From Hydrurus foetidus (Eukaryota), in NCBI GenBank assembly GCA_900617105.1, contig UYFQ01000621.1:62001-103250 (forward strand): a DNA stretch of 41,250 bases, given 5' to 3'. The position numbers were made by a program, and so were the translations under genes. Below are positions 24,111 through 34,129 of the stretch, in pieces. The number at the start of each line of letters is the position of its first letter. Within the stretch, counting starts at the first letter, position 1. Below the pieces are notes generated by a model. That model was not told the origin of the DNA. It did not search any database and was given only the letters and a program-made list of their open reading frames with translations.

Positions 24111-24459
24111 GTTGGAGTTTTCGGCTAATCCGGTGGATATAGCAACTCCGCGTAACTCGTGACTTGGACCCAAGACTCGTGAAATAAGACTGTATGTTTA
24201 ATCACTTGATAATTAAACTTGTATCGCTGTCTCCACACGACGGCAACACAGTCCTTTACAATCATCAAGATCGAATCACACATCAGTCAATGCACAGTAT
24301 CTTGAACGGACAAAGTCTGTGAAGACTATACAGCCAACGGGGTCCCGGCCACTACCCCAAGGGTACACGCCGCTGTCCGTCGGGATCCACGCACACACAC
24401 ACACACACACACACACAACTACTACTACAGTGTCTTTTCTCTTTTCCCGATACCCAGCA
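24110..24459 (-). repeat. 5' LTR of Copia 1 (350 bp)
   Basis: Identical to 18780-19127 except at terminal positions and one ACT unit. The gag ATG follows after a 25-nt spacer. Confidence 0.95.
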
Positions 24460-24571
24460 GCCAGTCCCAAAACCTCGTGTGGAATCCCAAATCCCCCCCA
24501 CAAAAGTGGAATCGCAATCTCGACCCCAACAGTTGGAATGACTTTTGAAAAGAGTCGCCGGCCGTAGGTGT

Positions 24572-24909
24572 TGTTGACGGATCTTCGGTTTCACATCACG
24601 TACTGCCTCTCGCGGTACAGCTGTTGAAGATCTCTCGGTCAGGGCTCGTGAAATAAGCTTGGTGTAATCAGTAATCACTTGTTAATTGACTGTGCTTCAT
24701 CCCTGCTGAAGTCCCCGAGTCCTTTTCAACGCAACAACAACATTCTCTCATACAATACAGTTGAAGTATTCAGTGACGATGCACGGATCCATTCATCGTC
24801 TTCACGCATGTACGCACACACACACACACACACATAATAATCCGTACGTCCGTACGAATGCATAAGTACACTGATTGTGTTCGTGCCATAAACTCAGATA
24901 TCTCCAACA
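24572..24909 (-). repeat. 3' LTR of Copia 2 (338 bp), preceded in sense orientation by PPT-like ATAGGGGTG
   Basis: TGTTGA...CCAACA termini. Direct repeat of 33608-33959 with a few substitutions and indels. Confidence 0.95.
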
Positions 24910-24976
24910 CACCCCTATGCCGCATCACAATCAACTCTATTCACGCATCACGCATAAGTCTTGAATTAAACATTGT

Positions 24977-27325
24977 CTAAACTACTATCTCTTTGTCCCA
25001 TCCGGTAAGCGCCTGTCTCACCGACTTGAACTGTGCTCCCTGCAACGGCTTGGTCAGTAGGTTCGCATACATGTGTTTAGTCCCCAGGTGCCGCACTCTC
25101 GCTTCTCCTTCGTCCACCCGTACTTGATCGCTATGTGCCGCGTGCGCTCCGCCGCTGACCGCCCTCTCTCGATCAGAGCTATGCAAGACATGTTGTCTTG
25201 GTACACCGTCACTGGCCCGCACGCATGCCCTTGCCCTATGATAAATTGTCTCATGTGTAATGCTTGGTTAGTTGAATCAGAAAGGGCAACTAGCTCCGCC
25301 TCCGTGCTCGACTTGGTCACAATTTGTTGCTTCGCCGACTTCGAGTGCACCGCGCTCAGCTCTCCTACCACTACACAGCTTCCGGTATGGGACTTGCCGT
25401 CGGGATGTACTCCGTACGCTGCATCTATCAGCACGCTGACGCTGATCCCCTGCTTCCCCGGTGCGAAAACCACCCCTCGGTCCTTCGTCGCATTGATGTA
25501 CCTGAGCAGTCGCTCCAGCTTCATCAGATCGTCCGCTGTGCATCTCGTCACTCGGGTCGCGAGAAATGCCAAAGCGGTCATACAGTCGGGCCTCGCACGC
25601 TTCCCGAGGTACAGACCCTTGGCCACCAGGCGGTGGAACCTGACTCGGTCCTCTTCGCTTGTTGGTTCAGCATCATCCCTCGTGTCGAATAGCCCCTCGG
25701 TAGCCGGTGTCCTCGCACCTCCTATCGTCCCGCTCTCCTTCAGCATGTCCTCGACATACCCGGTCATCGACACTCTGGCAACACCTGCGATTGAAAGGTC
25801 GAATACCATACCTAGATAGTTCACTACAGGGCCATCCTTCCTGGTGATATCGCCATACCTCTTTATCAATCCGTTCGCCACCTCTTCAATCATCGCCCCA
25901 TTGACACTGGTGATCATGAGGTCATCGACATGCACGGCAATGGTGCACTGCACCCCATACTCGTCGCTCTTGTTGAAGACACACATGTCGTGCGCGTTCG
26001 GTACATATCCCATGTCCGACAGTCCTCCTCTCAGGTTTTCGTACCACAGGGCTGCCGACTCGACACACCCATACAGGGCTTTGTCAAGCCTCACCACGAC
26101 ACACTCTTTATGGTCCACGAACTGCGAGTAACGCGGAGACAGCTTCGTCATAATGCTCGTCATATTCCTATCCAATCGCATGTGCACCGCGAGCCCGGTT
26201 GTCATGTCCGCGTTCAGGAACGCTCCACTGATATCGATCACCGTGATCCTCCGCGCCTCATGTCCCGCTATGCTCAGTAGCGCGAACACCGAGCTGGTGG
26301 CCACTGTGGGTGCAGATAAGTCATCATACAGGTCACGATCTTGTTGGTTACCTCCTGCGACAAGTCGCGCTTTTAGTTTCTCAAAATCTCCGCTCGCTAG
26401 GAACTTCTCTTTCAGGAACATACTCGACCTGATGATCCTATGTTTCTCTTCCATTGACAGTCCCTTCACGCACACTGGTTCCCACACCTTCTTGTCTATC
26501 ATTTGCTGGAGCTCTTTCTGTATAACGCTCACCGCCGCGTCACCCCTTGTGCGCAGCGCCTCTTTGACTGATATGTTGAACACGTAGTCACCCCACTCTG
26601 CACCGTCCCCTTCGTAGCTGCGAGTTAGCAGTGCTGTCCCGCTCTTCACTCTGAAGAAGTCCATCAGCTCGTGTCTATCTACTCCCCTTCAAGCGCAATT
26701 CTCGGTGCTGCTAGCAATCTCTCCGCACGGTCTAGTGCATTCTTGGGACCTCTGTGGTCATGGTCTATGCCGTCGCCCGCTGTGTAGTCAGCGGGTACTC
26801 CGCTCGAGTCGATATTCTCAATCCCCTTTTCGTCATAGTCTCTCGGTCCAGCACGCATGCGATTCATGTCGTCGACTAAACTATCCATCTCGTAGTCGTG
26901 GCCATGTGGCTGCTCCTGTGGTTCTGGCTCTGGGTACTCAACGATATCTCCATGCAGTTCTACATCGTCCACCGCTGCATCATCACGTTGCCGTCCCGGT
27001 CCGTACTCACCCCCATTGTCGTGCTGTACCTCATCTGTTGTGTCAATGAGGTCGGTGTCTTCATGGATGTCGAGAGGAAGTATCGCTGGGTCGACCCCGT
27101 CATTCACGGTGCTGTTGATCGTGTCGGGGAGATCCGACTTTGGACCGCCGTCTTGCTCGCATGACGTTGGTTTAGCGTATATCTCTCCCTTGCCTTTCGC
27201 TCTCCCGTCAGCGAGCGCAAGCTTGTTAAGGCGCTTAATCACTGACTCTGGCATCGGCAGTATGCGAAACTGATCTCGGTTGACTAGTCTGCCTGTTTTG
27301 AGAGATAACATTCGCACCGACCCGG
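24977..27325 (-). pseudogene. Copia 2 post-integrase spacer, reverse transcriptase and RNase H
   Basis: KARLVAGG, DISGAFL, KALYG, HVDD, IDAAY, TEAE, QDN and MYANLLTKPL motifs. Stop near 26679 and a frameshift near 25110. Confidence 0.93.
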
Positions 27326-27536
27326 TGTGGTCGTACCGGGTATACCGGGCCTACGGGCCGTACCGGACCTCGTCACGATCCACCTGATCCTGCCGCCTAC
27401 AGTACACATACAGCCCTACCACGACTAGCTAGCTAGCTAGCTGCAGCCTACTTTCAGAAGTTACCTAGCTTCTAGCATAGTTGTAACCTAAGCACCACCT
27501 ACTCGTCTACCCGTCTTCTTTCCCATCAGGACTACA
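27326..27536 (+). repeat. 5' LTR of Gypsy copy B (211 bp)
   Basis: TGTGGTC...GACTACA imperfect inverted termini. Homologous to 39448-39653 (reverse strand) and 8144-8174. Confidence 0.9.
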
Positions 27537-28083
27537 ATAGCGCTATTCGTCCAACCTTTCTTCTACTACTTCTCAGTCCATCTACTCGTCCTGAACTTTT
27601 AGATAAGACTTCCTGAGCTATCACTTGTCCGCCACGGCCGACTTCTCTTGCAGCTTCGAGCTCAGAGAACTGTAGTTTAAGTTAGAGAAAGTCAGCATAC
27701 CTGCTTTCTTGGAATCCCTAAGCTTGGGCTCTTCCATTCTTTAAGTTTCCGGTCGAAGTCGAAAGATCCTTCCCGAGATTCATTAAAGATCTGCTCTGAC
27801 GGTCGATTGAATCACGGATTCATCACCGCCGACATAAGATTAGTCAAGAGACGTCTTCTTGTCGCTGAAAAGCAGCAGCATATACCTTAAAAGGTATCCA
27901 CTTTTTCTACCACTCAGAATTTGGCTCTTACGCCATTGGACTTTTCAGTTCAAGAGTTGGTTAGAATTCTCTACTGACGAAACAGTACCCGTTAGCGAAC
28001 AAGGCAAACCCCTTGCAAATTTTTTTTGACAACGGGGGATTGATCTCTGCTGTGTTTAAGCGAGATACATATCTAGTAGCGAT

Positions 28084-29610
28084 ATGTCCGCCGCACCTCC
28101 ATCTCCACCACCTCTTGATGAGGAGGAGATTGCTCGTCTCGCAGCGTTGGCTGCCCTCAATGAGACTATTCCAACCAACAGCTCATTGTTTGGTAACAGC
28201 TCGCTGACGATGCAACTCCAGAGTGAGGTATTCGTGCTCAGACACAACTTCATTGATGAAGCTGATGCCATTGAGTTCTACGAACAGGCTCAACGCAATC
28301 CCAACATGAAGTTGACGGACTGTATGCAGAAGCAGGCTATCGAACTACTGAACTTCAAAATCTTAGTCGACCCTGAATTCAACATCATCGATCGTCGACA
28401 ACGTCATGATTGGTTCACCATATTATCGGTGACTCAGGTAGCCACTCTAGTAGTGAAGTACTTCTGCCCAAACGGTTTGGGGGAGTGTACTTTGGCAGAG
28501 AGTTTTAGTCAAATTCCCTTCCACTACCAGATCGCTAACCACGATCATGAGAATGCCACTTTCATTCGTTACAATGAACTTGTGAACAACTATGAGAGGT
28601 CCAAGGGCCCTCTGACTATGACTCAGCATGCTGAGCTTATTCAGATTTTGGAGAAGCGCCTAGCTAAGGGTAGTCAAATTCAACAAGACTACCTGAGAGC
28701 GAAAGCTGCTGACACCTCACCACCTAACACGTGGACATGGTTAAAGACTATGCTACGCATTGGTCAGGTTCTGGCCGAGGCTAGGTCGATGACGAACCTC
28801 ATCAAGAGCTACGGCAACCCGGAGGTAGTGTACTCGTTCCCTTCATCGGCTATTCCGCCTGAGGTTGGTAAAAAAGAGACAAGCAGAGCAAGTGTTAAGG
28901 CACCCTCACCTACTCCATCCGGGACGTCTAAGTCACTTACAGCGACTGTGCGTACAACAGGCTCGTACATTCCGACTCAGCACGGACTCGCTGTCCGTGC
29001 GTCGACGGAAGTGCCGTTCGTACCGAACTTACTAGCGTGCCGTTCGTGCGGGTCTAAGTCGCACATGTTGTCTGACTGTCCCATCCTGTATTACTCCGAC
29101 TCCAATACAGACCATTCGGCTGATTGGGAGGATTCTACATTGGGTATGGCTTGGGCAGCGGTAGGGTTCGCAGAATGGCAACAGCATCTCGTACTCCCAG
29201 GATACGAAGATCGCGTTCTGCTACTCCCTAAGGGTTCTAAACCCTACTTGATGTCTAACGACAACAAGCGCCCCAAAAACAGCCATGGTGGCGGTAACAA
29301 CCCCAATGCCTCTGGTGGTTCAGATCGTTCCAACCAGGGACAAGGGGGGTATAACCAAAACCAGGGGAACCAAGGTAACCAGGGAGGTGGTTACCATGGC
29401 AACCATGGAGGGGGTAGAGGTAAGCAAAGGGGAGGATACAACCCCAATGCAAACCAAAACCAGGGTCGTGGATCCGGTGGCAGGGGAAACAAATACAACC
29501 CCCACAGGGAAACAACCCTCCCTCCTCCTCCAGTTCAGGTCAGGATCAAGGTAAGAACCTTTATTCTGATGACGTGGCTGCTGTCTTTGACAATGATTCC
29601 CATAATCTGA
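28084..29610 (+). CDS. gag: Gypsy Gag (508 aa) with CCHC knuckle and G/N/Q-rich tail
   Basis: Long open ORF after the LTR and a 547-nt leader. CRSCGSKSHMLSDC zinc knuckle. Homologous to the ORF at 37909-38373 (minus). Confidence 0.88.
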   Translation: MSAAPPSPPPLDEEEIARLAALAALNETIPTNSSLFGNSSLTMQLQSEVFVLRHNFIDEADAIEFYEQAQRNPNMKLTDCMQKQAIELLNFKILVDPEFNIIDRRQRHDWFTILSVTQVATLVVKYFCPNGLGECTLAESFSQIPFHYQIANHDHENATFIRYNELVNNYERSKGPLTMTQHAELIQILEKRLAKGSQIQQDYLRAKAADTSPPNTWTWLKTMLRIGQVLAEARSMTNLIKSYGNPEVVYSFPSSAIPPEVGKKETSRASVKAPSPTPSGTSKSLTATVRTTGSYIPTQHGLAVRASTEVPFVPNLLACRSCGSKSHMLSDCPILYYSDSNTDHSADWEDSTLGMAWAAVGFAEWQQHLVLPGYEDRVLLLPKGSKPYLMSNDNKRPKNSHGGGNNPNASGGSDRSNQGQGGYNQNQGNQGNQGGGYHGNHGGGRGKQRGGYNPNANQNQGRGSGGRGNKYNPHRETTLPPPPVQVRIKVRTFILMTWLLSLTMIPII

Positions 29611-32445
29611 TGGATAGTCATGTTGAAGAACAGCCACATGTAACTATTCGTGAAGAATTTTTGCATAATCCATCTGTCCTTCCTTCTCATCACCTCAACG
29701 TAACTGTTATCGTGCAGGATAAGGATAGGACTGGCCCAGCAAGCGAGCTGCGTGCCGTTGGAAGAGCCGTGCTGGACACCGCGAACTACTCGGAGGATTT
29801 TATTTCTTTTACTATGTTAGAAAAATTAAATGCCACTCACCTTTGTTACCCCGCTCCTACAGCTATCACTGTTTGTAGCGGCCTCGATGGTCAATGTTAT
29901 TTAAATAACGAAATTTGCGATTTAAAAATCCTTTTTCATTCTTACGATGGCGAATGCCAGAGCATCAGCTTACCCATGAGGGTTAATAGGAAAACCGAAA
30001 TTGAAATTTTGTTTAGCCGTAAGACGGTAAATAAATATGATTTTTGGTCTTTGACTCCGTTTGCTTTCGGCATATCGCCAGAACTTAGCGCGGAGAACAA
30101 AAAGAAAAGCGATGCGCGCAAACGCGACTTCGATAAGAAGGAAGCTTTGTTGAAACTTGATCCCATGTATCAACATAAGTATACGCGTCAAATGATAGCG
30201 TTGGGTGCCGAACCAGATACAGCTGAAGTCGAGTCTATCACGCCTCATTATGACAAGCTGAAATATCCAGGCGGTAAACCTGCCTCTAAAAAGAGGGTTA
30301 CATATGGAGTACAAGAGTACCCATATAAGAAGAGCGTTTTGCTTGGTCAATCTTCTTCGAAGAGCAACGTCTCCTGTGTCCATTCAATGTCGACATGTAA
30401 CGATACCCAAAAGGATATTGAGGGAGTAGCTACCCAAAATTCCTGTGGTGATGTAAGTTGTGAGCGACTGAATAGTGTCACTCCTATTCTCGCAAAACGT
30501 ACGGGTGATACACCGCACCTAGGTGGCGACCAGATTCCCACCCTTACACATACCTTTGGGGATTCTGATACCCCCGACTATGTCACTGAGCCTTTATGGC
30601 CCAGTGGTGTCGCACTCTCAGTTGACGAGATTGACGATGGCAAGATAGACACGTTCGCACCCTTCTTAGCTGAGAAACCTAGTCAAGATGACTTGCCCAA
30701 GGGGCCAGAGGATTTCCTCAACGAGATTACCTTTGAGGGAGATGAAAGCTTTCAGAGGAAGCTCCGAGAGCTCTGTTCTGAATATTCAGACATTTTTAGT
30801 GATCAGTTAGCTGAGAAACCAGCGTCACTCAAACCTTTTGAGATTAACATCCCACTTGAGTTGTGGGAAAAAGACGAAAACCGTACGCCGGTACGTCCCC
30901 AGTCATCGACTAAGGAGGTTGCTCTTAAGGAGAATCTCGATGAGATGCTTGCATCAGGGGTTATAGAGCGATCAGATGCCGCTTATTACAGTCATCCTGT
31001 AATCGTAACTAAGTCACCCGGTAAATTTCGAACCTGCATCGATTACCGGCCACTTAATAAGTGCCTGACTCCCGCCTCATTCCCGTTGCCGAATATCAAA
31101 CATCTTTTTGAGAGGATCGGTAATAAAAAACCGGATATTTTTGGTGTGATGGATTTAACCGCGGGTTACCATCAAGCACCGTTACACCCCGCACACCGCA
31201 TATTCACAGCGTTTATATGCTTTGCGGGGGTTTTTCAGTTCACGAGACTGCCCTTTGGTCCGTGTCGTGCCCCCTCTTACTTTCAAGAGCAGATGGTAAC
31301 GGCGGTCCTCTATGGCCTTATCTATCATTGTTGTGAGATGTATCTCGACGATTGTATAGTATATGGCAAGGGTGAAGCAGAGTTTCTTAAGAACTTGAAC
31401 AAAGTCTTTGAAAGATTCAGACTTAAGGGTCTTAGACTCAAAGCAAAAAATGCCGCTTTGGTTTACCTCGTATTGAATACGTTGGCAGAGTGGTTGACAA
31501 AGATGGTTTATCCATGTCAAAAGAAAAAATAGAAACAGTGTTAAACTTTTCTATACCTAAGAACTTAACTTTGTTAAGATCATTCTTAGGATTGGCGAAC
31601 TATTTTCGACAGTTTGTACCGATGCATTCGACTTTGGTTAAACCAATGCAAGATATGATAGATCATTCTGCACCGAAACGTTCGGCCGTTGTATGGACTC
31701 AAGCGAGTACCAACAGCTTTCACGATACACAGATCGCAATATCTCGTTGTCCATTAATGTACTTCATTGATGGCAATAAATTGGATATCAGATTACATAC
31801 AGACGCGTCTGATTTTGGAATCGGTGGTGTCCTTTTCCAAGTGGTTGATACCATTTGGCAACCGATTGCTTTTATAAGCAAATCATTGACACCAACACAA
31901 ATACGGTGGTCAACTATACAGAAAGAAGCGTACGCTATATTCTACTGTTGTACACAACTCGATTATTTAATCAGAGACCGTACATTCACAATCTATACGG
32001 ATCATCTGAACATCACGTATATGAAATAAAACCCTACCTCAATGGTAGCAAGATGGTTCATTGCAATGCAAGAACTTCATTTTACGGTTGTCTTCGTACC
32101 TGGCACGTCAAATGCCTTAGCCGACACATTGTCGCGATTATGCCCAAACTTGACAGAAATTGCATTACCGTTACGAATAACGGAATTGGAATTACTTCCA
32201 ACTTCGTCGTCGTCGGTCACTGTGTCAGCTTTGACAGCTATCGACCCAGCGTCAGACGATCATTTAGAATACATTCAAATGTGCCACAATGCGTTTGTGG
32301 GTCACAATGGTGTAGATCGTACCCTTACTCGGTTGTTTAGTTTACAACAAGTTTGGAAGAACATGAAACAACATGTACGTACGTTCATTCAAAACTGTCC
32401 GTGTTGTCAAAAGTTGAGCGCAAAAGATCCTAAGATCAATGCGTC
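29574..32445 (+). pseudogene. pol: Gypsy Pol (protease LDTA, RT YLDD, RNase H TDASDFGIG, integrase H2C2), -1 frame relative to gag
   Basis: ORFs 29574-31532, 31490-32029 and 32042-32445. A one-base A-run frameshift lies near 31450, and TAA at 32027-32029 corresponds to CAA in copy A. Confidence 0.93.
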
Positions 32446-33582
32446 ATTCGCTAGTCTCTCCTTCGTATTCGCTATCCGATTCCGTCACCGTGACGTGGAC
32501 TTTTTTCACTGACGGTTTTCTCAGAGGGCAGTTCCTCGCGTAGTGACCTTTCTTCTCGCATTTGAAGCATTCGACATCCTCCAAAGATTTCTTGCTTCCC
32601 CCTCCGGCTTTCCCTGCTTTCTTCTCGTTATCCTTGGCCATGGTGACGTGTACTTCTTCGGTAACGTACGCTGCGTTCACCCCTGCCGGTGCTGGCGCGG
32701 GTGTGTGTTTCCCTCGTTCCATTGGTTGGATATGTGGAATGCATCCGGTTTGCGCCTGAGTGCATCATGCTTCATATCATCCATCATGACTTTGAACCTC
32801 CGGGGATCTAGCTTGCCGAGGAAGTCGAGTGCACGTTTGGAGTCGGACACCGCTGCGATCCCCACGGACATGTTCGCCTCCACCTGTTCATCAAATCGAT
32901 TCTTGAATGTGACTAGGTGTTCTCTCTCACCTTGTCTCATAGACGAATACTTATTCTCCTGTTCGTGCTGATTGTATTCTTGTAGTGCCTCGTCTGCACC
33001 AAACATATGAGTCAGGTGGGTCCTCCGAATGAGTGTCCACAGAAGAACGCAGTCCAATGTGAGGTATGCTGTCTTGTACTCCTCTTCCTCCCTAACCCTA
33101 CTCTGTGACATAAGCGACATGCGCTTCCACATCATGGGGAAGACCGTACGTTCGTTCTCGCGTTGGGTCTTGAGGTCTCGCTTCCTCTGGATGAATGCAT
33201 CCTCTTTGAATTTCGCACGCGATTTCTCCAACGCTTTGCGTTTCCTTTCTTTACTCGCCAGCCGCACCGCGGCTCTCACAGCTTTAGCTGCGACTTCGGT
33301 TGCACTCCTCGCAGGCATCTCAGCGCCTGTCGCGTCCGATTCCTCTTCTTCGGTATCGTATTCCGAACTTTCCGATGACGAATCTGAAGGGTAATCCCTG
33401 TGAGATGCTTTCGGGAGTTCGTATCTCTCATTAGTGGTGAAGAACATCCCCACGATTCCGTATAGTTCGGTGACTGTCGTCTGCATGTGTTCTCTCCACT
33501 TGATTATATTGCTGTGTTCGCCGTATTGAAGCGTACACTCTTCTGTACTCTTGAGAGCTTCTACAGCGCGTTTAGGAGGCAT
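32444..33582 (-). pseudogene. gag: Copia 2 gag (MPPKR..., CFKCEKKGHYARNC), frameshifted near 32720-32750
   Basis: Aligns by eye with Copia 1 gag (RQGERE..FKNRFDEQV..ALDFLGKLDPRR). The ATG follows the LTR after a 25-nt spacer. Confidence 0.9.
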
Positions 33583-33597
33583 TGGAAATGCCTATGC

Positions 33598-33607
33598 CAG
33601 TCAATTA
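33598..33607 (-). promoter_or_regulatory. Non-tRNA primer-binding position of Copia 2 (sense TAATTGACTG), complementary to LTR 33720-33729
   Basis: A 10-bp perfect inverted repeat is seen directly. The function is inferred. Confidence 0.7.
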
Positions 33608-33848
33608 TGTTGACGGATCTTCGGTTTCACAGTCACGTGCTGCCTCTCGCGGTACAGCTGTTGAAGATCTCTCGGTCAGGGCTCGTGAAATAAGCTTGGT
33701 GTAATCAGTAATCACTTGTTAATTGACTGTGCTTCATCCCTGCTGAAGTCCCCGAGTCCTTTTCAACGCAACAACAACATTCTCTCATACAATACAGTTG
33801 AAGTATTCAGTGACGATGCACGGATCCATTCATCGTCTTCACGCATGT

Positions 33849-33883
<35 letters not shown>

Positions 33884-33959
33884 ATAATCCGTACGTCCGT
33901 ACGAGTGCATAAGTACACTGATTGTGTTCGTGCAATAAACTCAGATAATATCTCCAACA
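33608..33959 (-). repeat. 5' LTR of Copia 2 (352 bp)
   Basis: Direct repeat of 24572-24909, followed by TSD GGTGT. Confidence 0.95.
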
Positions 33960-34129
33960 GGTGTGCTCTTTTTTGTCGTGCAGAAAAAAAAACTATTTTT
34001 AAAATCGAATCGTAAAAGCTTTCGGCTCACTTCGATCACTCTCGGATTCATTTCGCTTTCCAAGATAACGGCGACAGTGAGGATACGTCTGATTACCACC
34101 GCCTTGCCTACGTGAGGGTGTTCAGCACC

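Larger units (their letters stand above)
18780..24459 (-). mobile_element. Ty1/Copia LTR retrotransposon 1 (CoDi-like), full length, coding region disrupted; the insertion may extend to 24531
   Basis: Two LTRs flank gag (MPPKK, CFVCGLAGHYARDC), PR (LLDNQAS), IN (SVDI..MSDGE..RIERR), RT (KARLVAGG, KKALYG, HVDD) and RNase H (VDASY, TEAE, QDNQS) in Copia order on the minus strand. Confidence 0.96.
27326..32445 (+). mobile_element. Gypsy chromovirus copy B (5' LTR, gag, pol up to integrase Zn domain), nested antisense in Copia 2, 3' half deleted
   Basis: Copia 2 coding sequence stops abruptly at TGTGGTCG (27326). Gypsy sequence ends after KDPKINA, where Copia gag resumes on the other strand. Confidence 0.95.
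24572..33959 (-). mobile_element. Ty1/Copia LTR retrotransposon 2 (related family), interrupted by Gypsy copy B, PR/IN core deleted
   Basis: LTRs at 24572-24909 and 33608-33959, with a perfect 5-bp TSD GGTGT (24567-24571 and 33960-33964). RT/RNase H lie at the left and gag at the right. Confidence 0.96.

Noticed and set aside
25073..26587. Long plus-strand ORFs opposite Copia RT
   Set aside because: Antisense shadows of GC-rich coding sequence.
27326..27560. Tf1-type self-priming for the Gypsy family
   Set aside because: The best complement of the post-LTR sequence within the LTR (GCATAGTTGTA) is gapped, weak and not conserved in the copy C LTR.
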